Shown piece after piece: positions 1 to 8,249 of a DNA stretch of 64,000 nucleotides. The position numbers were made by a program, and so were the translations under genes. The DNA is from Candidatus Undinarchaeota archaeon (GTDB lineage Archaea; Undinarchaeota; Undinarchaeia; Undinarchaeales; UBA543). The notes beneath the pieces were generated by a model that saw only the letters and a program-made list of their open reading frames with translations, was not told where the DNA came from and ran no database searches. The stretch is from positions 10,113-74,112 of the forward strand of contig CAZMMZ010000003.1 of the NCBI GenBank assembly GCA_964567575.1. The letters are read 5' to 3'. The first letter of the stretch is position 1, and every line of letters starts with the position of its first letter.

Positions 1-200
1 TTGATGGGCATGAGGATTCTATAAAGAAAGCTGGATGTTATGTTGCAACTGATGCATGTCCGAGCCTTGCTCCTCTTGAAAAGTTTGGAATAAAATGTGT
101 TATGTCAAATTCTGCAGAGCTATGCGCAAAAGTTAAAAGCATGGGTCTTAAAGCTCACTTATCAAGCTTTGACGATATTGTCAAGTGGGGGTTTAGATGA
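1..200 (+). CDS. C-terminal end (5'-partial) of aconitase X large subunit / phosphomevalonate dehydratase large subunit
   Basis: The frame starting at nt 3 reads DGHEDSIKKAGCYVATDACPSLAPLEKFGIKCVMSNSAELCAKVKSMGLKAHLSSFDDIVKWGFR*. This matches the AcnX C-terminal pattern (xxAG...D[TA]C...APL...[TS]NS[AG]K). Its TGA (198-200) overlaps the mvk ATG. Not in the ORF track. Confidence 0.7.
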   Translation, partial: DGHEDSIKKAGCYVATDACPSLAPLEKFGIKCVMSNSAELCAKVKSMGLKAHLSSFDDIVKWGFR

Positions 201-1141
201 AGAATCCAACTGGTTCAGCATGTGGAAAAATAATACTTTTCGGAGAACACTCTGTTGTGTATGGTCATCCTGCGATAGCAGTCCCTGTTACAGCATTACA
301 TGCTGATGTTTTTATTCAACCAGCTGAGACATTAGTAATTTCATCTCGAAATTTTAATACTGAATATGAAATCTTGAAAAATCCTTTAAATAAAAATGAA
401 ACTGGTTTTGGACTTCAAGAAACAGTTCTAAACACTTTGAAATTTTTCAATCTTCTAAAGAAGCAGAATATTCACATTACAATTGATTCTTCAATTCTTC
501 CAGCATCTGGTTTGGGGAGTAGTGCTGCTGTTGCTGTTGCAATTATCCGCGCGCTTTCAAATTATTTCAAAAAGAAAATTTCAAATAAAGATTTGTATGA
601 TCTAGCTTTCAAAACTGAAGTGATTTATCATGGGGATCCAAGTGGTATTGACCCTGCAGTAATTATTCACGAAAAACCGGTTTACTTTAAGAGTGGTAAA
701 AAAACTCGTCTTGAACCACTAAAGGTTGCTAACAAAATTCCTATTATAATTGCTGACACCGGAGTTCGCAGTTCAACAAAGGAAGTTGTTTCTGATGTGA
801 AAAAAGCAAGAGCAAGCGACAAAGATAAGTATGATACAATTTTCAGTGAGATAATTCCTATTGTTCATCGGGTACGCGATGTTATAGAAAAAGGAAATGT
901 TTCAGAGCTTGGCAGATTAATGAATGAAAATCACGAACTTCTAAAACAAATTGATGTTTCAAGTCCTGAACTTGATTTGCTTGTTGAATCTGCGCGCGAG
1001 GCAGGAGCAACAGGAGCTAAACTCGCTGGTGCAGGAAGAGGCGGCCACATCATAGCGTTGGCTGAGGATAATGTGCAAAAAATCAGCAAAGCGCTTGTAG
1101 ATGCTGGAGCATCCCATATTTTCTTTACTGAAATTGTTTGA
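197..1141 (+). CDS. mvk: Mevalonate kinase (GHMP family), copy 1
   Basis: GKIILFGEHSVVYG, PASGLGSSAA (GHMP ATP loop), PSGID (catalytic Asp), GAKLAGAGRGG. Confidence 0.9.
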   Translation: MKNPTGSACGKIILFGEHSVVYGHPAIAVPVTALHADVFIQPAETLVISSRNFNTEYEILKNPLNKNETGFGLQETVLNTLKFFNLLKKQNIHITIDSSILPASGLGSSAAVAVAIIRALSNYFKKKISNKDLYDLAFKTEVIYHGDPSGIDPAVIIHEKPVYFKSGKKTRLEPLKVANKIPIIIADTGVRSSTKEVVSDVKKARASDKDKYDTIFSEIIPIVHRVRDVIEKGNVSELGRLMNENHELLKQIDVSSPELDLLVESAREAGATGAKLAGAGRGGHIIALAEDNVQKISKALVDAGASHIFFTEIV

Positions 1142-1195
1142 GAAAACTTAAATAGGACTTTATGGAACTGAGAGCTATTCGAAGTGATATATACA

Positions 1196-2122
1196 ATGAT
1201 AACAGCTTCTGCCCCAGGTAAAGTAATACTCTTTGGTGAGCACGCTATGGTTTTTGGCGAGCTTGGCATTGCTACTGCAATTGAGAAACGAGCATACGTT
1301 ACAATTTGTGAGCTCGATGAACCAAAAATCGTAGTGCAGTCTAAGAATGTAGAGACTACAATTGAACTTCCTTCTTCTGAACGACCAAAAGAACCAATTA
1401 CAAAAGCTGCACGCCTTGCTCTTGCAAAATGTGGGCACAAAGATCAAGGTCTTGGTATTGAGATTAATTCTGAAATTCCACAAAGCGCAGGTCTTGGTGC
1501 ATCAGCAGCGATTTGCACTGCAACTGCAGCTGCTGTTCTCAAGATGTTTGAAAGCGAACTTGATATTATGAAAGTTGCAGAGATTGCATACGAAGCTGAG
1601 AAAACAATTCATACTAATCCTACTGGTGTTGAAACTGCAGTCACAACTGTTGGTGGAACAATTGCTTTCCATCGCGGGCAAGTTGAAGCATTGAAAACCG
1701 AATCATTAAGCATGGTTGTTGCAAACACTGGATTTACAAGCAATGCAGAATCAATGATTAAATTAGTTAAACAACATATTGAGGATCCTCGAATGGGTTG
1801 CACACTTTTCTCAATTGGTGGATTAGTTAAACAAGCAAAAGATGCTATTTTGAGAAATCAATATTCTGTTATTGGAAACTTAATGTATAAAAATCACGAT
1901 TATCTAAAAAATCTTGGAGTAAGTTCACCGGAACTTGAGAATCTTGTAAAGCGCTCAAAAGATGCAGGTTCCCCTGGTGCAAAGCTTACTGGTTTTGGTG
2001 GTGGTGGTTCTATGATTGCATTAGCCAAAGATCCTGATCCTCTTGTTGATGCTCTTAAATCATCTGGAGCAAAAGTTTTCAAAACCATGACAGGACAGAA
2101 TGGTGTAAGAATTAAAGAGTAA
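1196..2122 (+). CDS. Mevalonate kinase-like GHMP kinase, copy 2 (catalytic Asp replaced by Glu)
   Basis: SAPGKVILFGEHAMVFG, PQSAGLGASAA, PTGVE in place of PSG[IV]D, GAKLTGFGGGG. ATG at 1196 preferred over GTG at 1184. Confidence 0.8.
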   Translation: MITASAPGKVILFGEHAMVFGELGIATAIEKRAYVTICELDEPKIVVQSKNVETTIELPSSERPKEPITKAARLALAKCGHKDQGLGIEINSEIPQSAGLGASAAICTATAAAVLKMFESELDIMKVAEIAYEAEKTIHTNPTGVETAVTTVGGTIAFHRGQVEALKTESLSMVVANTGFTSNAESMIKLVKQHIEDPRMGCTLFSIGGLVKQAKDAILRNQYSVIGNLMYKNHDYLKNLGVSSPELENLVKRSKDAGSPGAKLTGFGGGGSMIALAKDPDPLVDALKSSGAKVFKTMTGQNGVRIKE

Positions 2123-2162
2123 ACTCAAACTATAAATATTCTAAAACAAAGTTATTCTTGGG

Positions 2163-2927
2163 ATGGTAAAGGATTTAATTTTCATTAAGCTTGGAGGCTC
2201 GGCTATTACTAACAAGTCTGTTGAAAATTCTCTTAATGAAAAAGTTTTGAATCAAGTTTCAAAAGAAATTTCTGAATGCAAAGATTTTAATTTTTTAATT
2301 GGTCATGGTGGTGGTTCATTCGCGCATCCTATTGCAGCGAAATACAATGTTCAAAATGGGTTGCAAGGTAGCAGTCTTGAAGGATATTCTAAAACTCGAA
2401 AAGCTGTTGATGATTTAGGAGAAATAGTAACTGGTTCATTAACATCTGCTGGAGTTCCAGCAGTTTTTCTTCCAACTTCTACTCTTGCTGTAATGAAAAA
2501 CGGAGAAGTAAAAGAATTTTTCACTTCTCCAATTGAAAAATATCTTGAAACTGGGAAAGTTCCTGTACTTCCTGGAGATGTTTGCCTTGATTATGAAAAA
2601 GTTTTTTCAATTGCATCAACTGAAATGATTTTTAATTTCCTGGCAAGTAAATTCAATCCAGTAAAACTTATTATTGGAACAAATGTCGATGGTGTGCTTG
2701 ATAACGATATTGTGATTCCTGAGATAAATCATCAAAACTTCAATAAAGTATTGGAAAAACTCGGTGGTTCTGCTGGAGCAGATGTGACTGGTGGGATGAA
2801 ACACAAAGTTGAAGAACTAAGTAAAACACATATTGACGTTCATATCATTAATATTCAGGAAGAAGGGAGATTGAAAAAAGCCATTCTTGGAGAAGATGTT
2901 ATTGGAACGAGGTTGATTTTTAAATGA
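2163..2927 (+). CDS. ipk: Isopentenyl phosphate kinase (amino-acid kinase family)
   Basis: IKLGGSAITNK, HGGGSFAH, DVTGGMKHK; lies between mvk and fni. Confidence 0.9.
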   Translation: MVKDLIFIKLGGSAITNKSVENSLNEKVLNQVSKEISECKDFNFLIGHGGGSFAHPIAAKYNVQNGLQGSSLEGYSKTRKAVDDLGEIVTGSLTSAGVPAVFLPTSTLAVMKNGEVKEFFTSPIEKYLETGKVPVLPGDVCLDYEKVFSIASTEMIFNFLASKFNPVKLIIGTNVDGVLDNDIVIPEINHQNFNKVLEKLGGSAGADVTGGMKHKVEELSKTHIDVHIINIQEEGRLKKAILGEDVIGTRLIFK

Positions 2928-3964
2928 CAGGGGAAACAGAATCTCGAAAGTTAGATCATATAATGATCTGTACTGAGAAGGATGTCCAATCTCAAAAATC
3001 AACACTTTTTGAGTGTGTTGATTTTTTGGATGGTCCTAAATTTTTAAGTGAACCTGATTTAGATTGTAGCACAACTTTTTTCAAAAAGAAATTGAATTAT
3101 CCAATTATAATTGCTGGAATGACAGGGGGTGTTGCCGATGCTGAGCAAATTAATAAAAATTTAGCTCAAGCTGCTGAAGAGCTTGGTCTTGGTTTTGGTC
3201 TTGGTTCACAACGAGCAATGCTTGAAAATCCAACTTTGAAAAAGACATACGAAGTGCGAGATATTGCTCCTAATGTTCTATTACTTGGAAATATTGGAGC
3301 TGCGCAACTTTCTGAATATTCACAAGAACAAATTGAAAATCTTGCATTAACTGTTGGCGCAAATGTTTTGGCTGTTCATCTAAATTCAATTCAGGAAAAA
3401 ATTCAACCTGAAGGAAATCTTCCTGATATTGATTATTCTGAAAAAGTAAAACAATTATGTTCTTCTGTAAAACTTCCAGTTATCCTTAAAGAAACTGGTA
3501 TGGGCATTTCTTCAAAAGATGCTCACAGTTTCAGAGAATCTGGAATTGCAGGAATTGATGTTGGTGGTGCAGGTGGAACTTCTTTCGCACGAGTTGAACT
3601 TGAGCGTGGTGGAAATGGGGAATTCCATAATCTGGAAAATTCAGGAATTCCAACTGCAGCTAGTATCCTTGAAGTCAGAAAAGTATTTCCTAATATTCCA
3701 ATAATTGCTACTGGTGGGATTCGGACTGGGTTTGATGTTGCAAAATCAATAGCCCTTGGCGCAGATGTTGCTGGTATAGCTCTTCCTTTATTGAAACCAG
3801 CGCAGGAAAGTACTGAAGCTGTTGTTGGGAAGCTTGAAAAAATAATTGAGGATTTGAAAAAAGCAATGATTTCTTCAAATTCTCCAACTGTAAGTGATTT
3901 AAAGGCAGATAAGATTAACATAAATGGAGAATTGCTTGAATGGGTAGAAAACTTGAAAAATTAA
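2924..3964 (+). CDS. fni: Type 2 isopentenyl-diphosphate delta-isomerase (FMN-dependent)
   Basis: RKLDHI, AGMTGG, GLGSQR, HLNSIQE, KETGMG, GAGGTS, GGIRTG. Confidence 0.95.
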   Translation: MTGETESRKLDHIMICTEKDVQSQKSTLFECVDFLDGPKFLSEPDLDCSTTFFKKKLNYPIIIAGMTGGVADAEQINKNLAQAAEELGLGFGLGSQRAMLENPTLKKTYEVRDIAPNVLLLGNIGAAQLSEYSQEQIENLALTVGANVLAVHLNSIQEKIQPEGNLPDIDYSEKVKQLCSSVKLPVILKETGMGISSKDAHSFRESGIAGIDVGGAGGTSFARVELERGGNGEFHNLENSGIPTAASILEVRKVFPNIPIIATGGIRTGFDVAKSIALGADVAGIALPLLKPAQESTEAVVGKLEKIIEDLKKAMISSNSPTVSDLKADKININGELLEWVENLKN

Positions 3965-4785
3965 AGGCGTTTAGTGAATTAATTCGTATTAAGGAAACAT
4001 TTTTTGTTTTTGTTTCTGTTCTTGCAACTATTCTATTATGTCAAGGGAATGTGTTCAATTGGAAAATCACTCTTCCAGCTTTGTTGGCAATCATTTTTAT
4101 TGCAGCTGGTGGAAATATGATAAATGATTCTTTTGATTTTTTTATTGATCTTGTTAATCGTCCTGACAGACCATTACCTTCTGGTCGGTTTTCAAGGAAG
4201 AATGCAAAGAGATTGTCTTTTGTTTTATTTTTTATTGGAATATTTTTTTCATTATTTCTTCCATTGCTTTCAATAGTTATTGCATGTTTTACAGTAGTCC
4301 TTTTAATATTCTATTCTTATTTTTTCAAAAGAAGTGGTTTTTTAGGGAATTTTTTTGTAAGTTATATGTTCGCATCTATTTTTGTTGCTGTAGCTGCTAC
4401 AACTCCTAATTTAATGACTGGTATTTTTATTGGGATCTTGGCATTCTTTACTTCATCTGCTCATGAAATTCTAAAAGATATGGAAGATGTTCGTGGTGAT
4501 AAAATCGGTGGTGTAAAAACACTTCCAATAAATCATGGAATCAAAAAAACCAATTTTATTGTTTTTTCATTCCTTCTTATAGCAATTCTTTTCACCCCAA
4601 TCCCGTATTTTCTTGGGTTAGTTTCTTTTTATTATCTCTTTGTTATTTTCATTGCTGATTTGGTTTTCGTAAAAGTTATATTATCAGTACTCCGTAGTTC
4701 TTATACAAATCCAACCAAAAATGTTAATCTCATTTTATTTGGTGTTGGTATTGTGTTCTTGGCATTTTTTGCCGGGTTGCTATAA
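3940..4785 (+). CDS. UbiA-family prenyltransferase, likely digeranylgeranylglyceryl phosphate synthase
   Basis: Multi-TM protein with Asp-rich motifs NDSFDFFIDLVNRPDRPLPSGR and KDMEDVRGD; in the lipid gene cluster. Confidence 0.85.
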   Translation: MGRKLEKLKAFSELIRIKETFFVFVSVLATILLCQGNVFNWKITLPALLAIIFIAAGGNMINDSFDFFIDLVNRPDRPLPSGRFSRKNAKRLSFVLFFIGIFFSLFLPLLSIVIACFTVVLLIFYSYFFKRSGFLGNFFVSYMFASIFVAVAATTPNLMTGIFIGILAFFTSSAHEILKDMEDVRGDKIGGVKTLPINHGIKKTNFIVFSFLLIAILFTPIPYFLGLVSFYYLFVIFIADLVFVKVILSVLRSSYTNPTKNVNLILFGVGIVFLAFFAGLL

Positions 4786-5057
4786 TGGCCATTTCAAAAG
4801 CAGCTACACTTTCAGTATTACTCGCAGTTGTGCTATTATACCTCACACCACTCCACCCTGCAGCTGTTTTTGTTATAGCAGGTATCGGTGTTACATTTCT
4901 TTACCGTGCAATAAAAGGATGTTTTAATTTCGTTAACCCAATGGCAATTACTGGAGTTGGAGTTGTTGTTGTTCTTCATTATTTCTACCCTAACCTAATT
5001 GTTGCTCTTGTTGCTGGTCTTGCAATTTCTGTTATTACTGGTCTAGTACTTCCATAA
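4785..5057 (+). CDS. Small hydrophobic membrane protein, unknown function
   Basis: 90 aa, almost entirely hydrophobic (about 3-4 TM); its start overlaps the UbiA-family stop (TAATG). Confidence 0.6.
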   Translation: MAISKAATLSVLLAVVLLYLTPLHPAAVFVIAGIGVTFLYRAIKGCFNFVNPMAITGVGVVVVLHYFYPNLIVALVAGLAISVITGLVLP

Positions 5058-5095
5058 CAACAAATTATAAAAATATCCAAATATAGGTATTATTA

Positions 5096-5452
5096 GTGAT
5101 TTCAATGAAGGGGTTCAAAACATTTCTTATAGGGCTTGCTGGCTTTGTTTCTATTGTACTAACTGCATTTTTCTTCAACATAAATATGGGAGTTTTATTA
5201 TTCACTATTGTTATTTTCTCTTTTATTCATCCAACAGTTTCTTTTATTCATTCAAATAAATCCACTGATTCGTATGTAGATGATACGGTTTCTAATATCG
5301 AAGCTACTCCTGAAATTATAGAACACCTTGAAGAAAAAGTTCATGATGTTATTGACTTCACAAAAGAAAAAGTTTCAAAAACATGGAAGCAATACACCAC
5401 TGAAGCAGAATCAATAGCATGCGAGCTAACTGATTTTATGCATTCAAAATAA
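5096..5452 (+). CDS. Hypothetical membrane protein (2 N-terminal TM helices, acidic C-terminus)
   Basis: 118-aa ORF filling the gap up to the convergent rpoD. Confidence 0.55.
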   Translation: MISMKGFKTFLIGLAGFVSIVLTAFFFNINMGVLLFTIVIFSFIHPTVSFIHSNKSTDSYVDDTVSNIEATPEIIEHLEEKVHDVIDFTKEKVSKTWKQYTTEAESIACELTDFMHSK

Positions 5453-5458
5453 ATTAAT

Positions 5459-6070
5459 TTATTTTACAAGTTTTCCAAGTTCTGCTGATTTCTCACCAAG
5501 AATTTTTGCAGCTTCAGAAACGATTTTTCCAGGTTCTAGATTTCCGTGGCTCTCAACTCTGAATGAAAATACTGGGTTAGTTCCCTTTTCATATCCATAG
5601 CTGATAACTCCGGTTTGCCATTTTGCATGTTCTTTTCCTTTACCTAGCATTGCAATTGCTTCAATTTTGACTTTTTGATTCTCTAGAAGTTTTGTTATAG
5701 GAATATTAGTGTCTGTAACAGTTGTTTTTGGATCATTTGATTTAAGGTCGCCAGAATAAACTGTACATGGTCCTTTCTTTACAAGAGTGAATGAAACTTG
5801 GCATTTTGGACATCCTTTTCCTTTACAAGTGCACTTGTCTGGGAGTTTGAATGTTCTAAGATCAGTCTTTATTGGAACAAGTCCAATTCTATGTGCAACA
5901 ATTTCGTCATAAAGTGCAGAACCGTTTTCATAAATTGTAACATCATCAATTGCTAGAACTGGAACTTCAGAAAGCATTAGTCTTCTAAGTGTGTTTGCAA
6001 AAGAAGGTGTGATTCCTTCTATATCAAAAGTTAGAACATTCTTTTCTTTTTTAACATTGGAAATTTTCAT
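5459..6070 (-). CDS. rpoD: DNA-directed RNA polymerase subunit D (Rpo3)
   Basis: FANTLRRLMLSEVPVLAID, EIVAHRIGLVP, CxCxxxGCxxC, GKEHAKW. Confidence 0.97.
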   Translation of the reverse strand: MKISNVKKEKNVLTFDIEGITPSFANTLRRLMLSEVPVLAIDDVTIYENGSALYDEIVAHRIGLVPIKTDLRTFKLPDKCTCKGKGCPKCQVSFTLVKKGPCTVYSGDLKSNDPKTTVTDTNIPITKLLENQKVKIEAIAMLGKGKEHAKWQTGVISYGYEKGTNPVFSFRVESHGNLEPGKIVSEAAKILGEKSAELGKLVK

Positions 6071-6466
6071 TTAAACTCTCCTTCCTCTTTTTCCGCCCTT
6101 GCGTCTCATTGTGCCATGAGCGACTGGAGTGACGTCCTCTATTTTTCCAACGCGCAATCCAGCTCGTGTTAGAGATCGAATAGCTGCTTGTGCGCCTGGT
6201 CCTGGTGAGCGGGATTTGTTTCCGCCTGGTGCCTTAACGCGAATATCAACATCGTATATTCCTTTACTTTTTAATTCATCAGCTATTTTATTGACCTGTT
6301 GCATTGCTGCAAATGGGCCTGGCTTTTCTCTACCACTTCTAACTACCATTCCACCAGATGTGGATGATATTGTCTCTGCGCCGGTTATATCTGTAACATT
6401 AATTATTGTGTTATTGAAAGAGGAAAAAATATGAATTATTCCTTTCTTGTTTATTTCTTTACTCAT
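6071..6466 (-). CDS. rps11: 30S ribosomal protein S11 (uS11)
   Basis: [37 protein letters not shown]. Confidence 0.98.
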   Translation of the reverse strand: MSKEINKKGIIHIFSSFNNTIINVTDITGAETISSTSGGMVVRSGREKPGPFAAMQQVNKIADELKSKGIYDVDIRVKAPGGNKSRSPGPGAQAAIRSLTRAGLRVGKIEDVTPVAHGTMRRKGGKRGRRV

Positions 6467-7059
6467 TCTGCGTCACCTTCCTTTTTCTCTTCAGCTGGTG
6501 CTTCTGGTTTTGCTTCTCCGCCTTCAAGTGCTGGGGATTCTTCAGGACCTTTTGCTTCTTTCTTTTTTGGAGCTCTTGGAGCTCGTGAAATTCCTACATA
6601 TGCAATTGTTTCTTCTTTATCAACAGGTACAATTGTTCCAGGGATTGAATGTTTTCTTCCATTGTATTTTACCTGTCCATGAATGATCATTTGTCGTGCT
6701 TCTTTTGCAGTTTTTGCAATTCCTTTTGCTTTCAAAATACTTTGCAAACGTCGTGTAAGAACATCACGAACATTTAATCCTAGAATATCTGAAAGTGTTG
6801 CGCCTTTTGAAACAATTCCTTGTCTTGTAAGACGGTTGAGAAGTAATTTTTGGAGGTTTTCTCCTTTTTCATCTTTTTTACCAATAAGTTGTCGTGCTTG
6901 TTGCCGTGCATTACTAATAAAAGTCTTTGCGCGCCAAATTTCACGATTGTTTTTTAATCCGAATTCTCTTTTAAGTTTGAGTTCATCAGCAATCCTTGTA
7001 CCTTGCCACATGTGTGCAGGCGTTGTGAATTTTTTGCGTGTTTTTTTTGGATCTCCCAT
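6463..7059 (-). CDS. rps4: 30S ribosomal protein S4 (uS4) with acidic C-terminal tail
   Basis: [42 protein letters not shown]. Confidence 0.97.
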   Translation of the reverse strand: MGDPKKTRKKFTTPAHMWQGTRIADELKLKREFGLKNNREIWRAKTFISNARQQARQLIGKKDEKGENLQKLLLNRLTRQGIVSKGATLSDILGLNVRDVLTRRLQSILKAKGIAKTAKEARQMIIHGQVKYNGRKHSIPGTIVPVDKEETIAYVGISRAPRAPKKKEAKGPEESPALEGGEAKPEAPAEEKKEGDAE

Positions 7060-7072
7060 CTTTATTTACTCC

Positions 7073-7516
7073 TTATTTCTTTTTCTGAACTCCAACAGTT
7101 TTGTTCTTTCGTCCTGAGGATCGTGTTCGCTGACCACGAACAGTTAGTTTGAACATGTGTCGAATTCCGCGATATGATTTTTTCTTTTTCATATTTGTTA
7201 TATCTTCACGGTTTACAAGCATTAAATTTGTTTCAACATTGTGAGTATCAATACCGGTTTCAGGATCTTTTCTCCGGTTTAAGAGCCATTTTGGGAATTC
7301 AAGTGTGTGTGGGGCTTCTAGCATTTTTTCAAGTATTTTCATTTCTGCATCTGTTAAATCACCCATTAAAATTTTATCATCAAAACCAGCTTTTTTTCTT
7401 ATTGCACGAGCGGTCATAAAACTAATACCTCGCATGTGTCGTAGTGCTGACTCTACTGGAACCTCTCCCGGAAGATCCTTTCTCATCAATCTAACAAGTT
7501 TTTTAGTGTCTGCCAT
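7073..7516 (-). CDS. rps13: 30S ribosomal protein S13 (uS13)
   Basis: WLLNRRKDPETG, SYRGIRH, VRGQRTRSSGR; ATG at 7516. Confidence 0.97.
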   Translation of the reverse strand: MADTKKLVRLMRKDLPGEVPVESALRHMRGISFMTARAIRKKAGFDDKILMGDLTDAEMKILEKMLEAPHTLEFPKWLLNRRKDPETGIDTHNVETNLMLVNREDITNMKKKKSYRGIRHMFKLTVRGQRTRSSGRKNKTVGVQKKK

Positions 7517-7596
7517 CAAATTATCCCCAATAAAAAGGAATTTAGCGGATTTAAGAGTATCAAACCGTTATATATGCTTTTTGGGACTGCCTCTCT

Positions 7597-8247
7597 TTAT
7601 AAAATATTCGGTTGCAAGTTTTCGAAACTTGCGCGTATTTTAGAAAGATTTTCTTGCGCGTCTGTTATCTCTGTAAGTTGTAAAGTAGCGTAAGCGCTCT
7701 TCAAATGCGGAACTTCTTTATCATTAATTATTGTTAAAAGATATGCTGCGATGTTGTTAAGATTTACTAGATTATTGCAAGCTCTTTCTTTCCATTTTTT
7801 ATCTTCAACTTCTTTATTCACTTTATTTATTATATCTGCTGACAGTTTCTGTATACTCACAAGAAGATTTATTTGATGCTCCAAATGTACTGCGAATTCT
7901 AATTCTTCCTCAACTTCTTTTAGAATTTCACGTTCAGTTGTACCTTTTGCATCTTTTTCAAGTTCGTCAACAAGCTTTGCTTCTTCTTCAATTGATTCTG
8001 ATAATGTTCTTGTATCAACTTCAAGAGCAAGAAGTAATTTTCCTATTTCAGGAGATGCATGTTTTTCAGATTCTTTTACAAGCATCATAATTTGATCTAT
8101 TTCGTTTTTTGGATTTTTCAAATCCTCGCCAAGCTCATCTTTCTTGCCGGTCATGAAGTCTCTTTTCTCCTTAACGACTTTCTCTGCGTTCTCAAGATGT
8201 TTCCTAACAGAAAGCATCCCTCCTTTTTTTAAATATTCTTTATCCAT
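7597..8247 (-). CDS. Hypothetical coiled-coil protein
   Basis: 216-aa Glu/Lys/Leu-rich ORF with a heptad-like pattern; 2 nt downstream of the next gene. Confidence 0.7.
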   Translation of the reverse strand: MDKEYLKKGGMLSVRKHLENAEKVVKEKRDFMTGKKDELGEDLKNPKNEIDQIMMLVKESEKHASPEIGKLLLALEVDTRTLSESIEEEAKLVDELEKDAKGTTEREILKEVEEELEFAVHLEHQINLLVSIQKLSADIINKVNKEVEDKKWKERACNNLVNLNNIAAYLLTIINDKEVPHLKSAYATLQLTEITDAQENLSKIRASFENLQPNIL

Positions 8248-8249
8248 TT

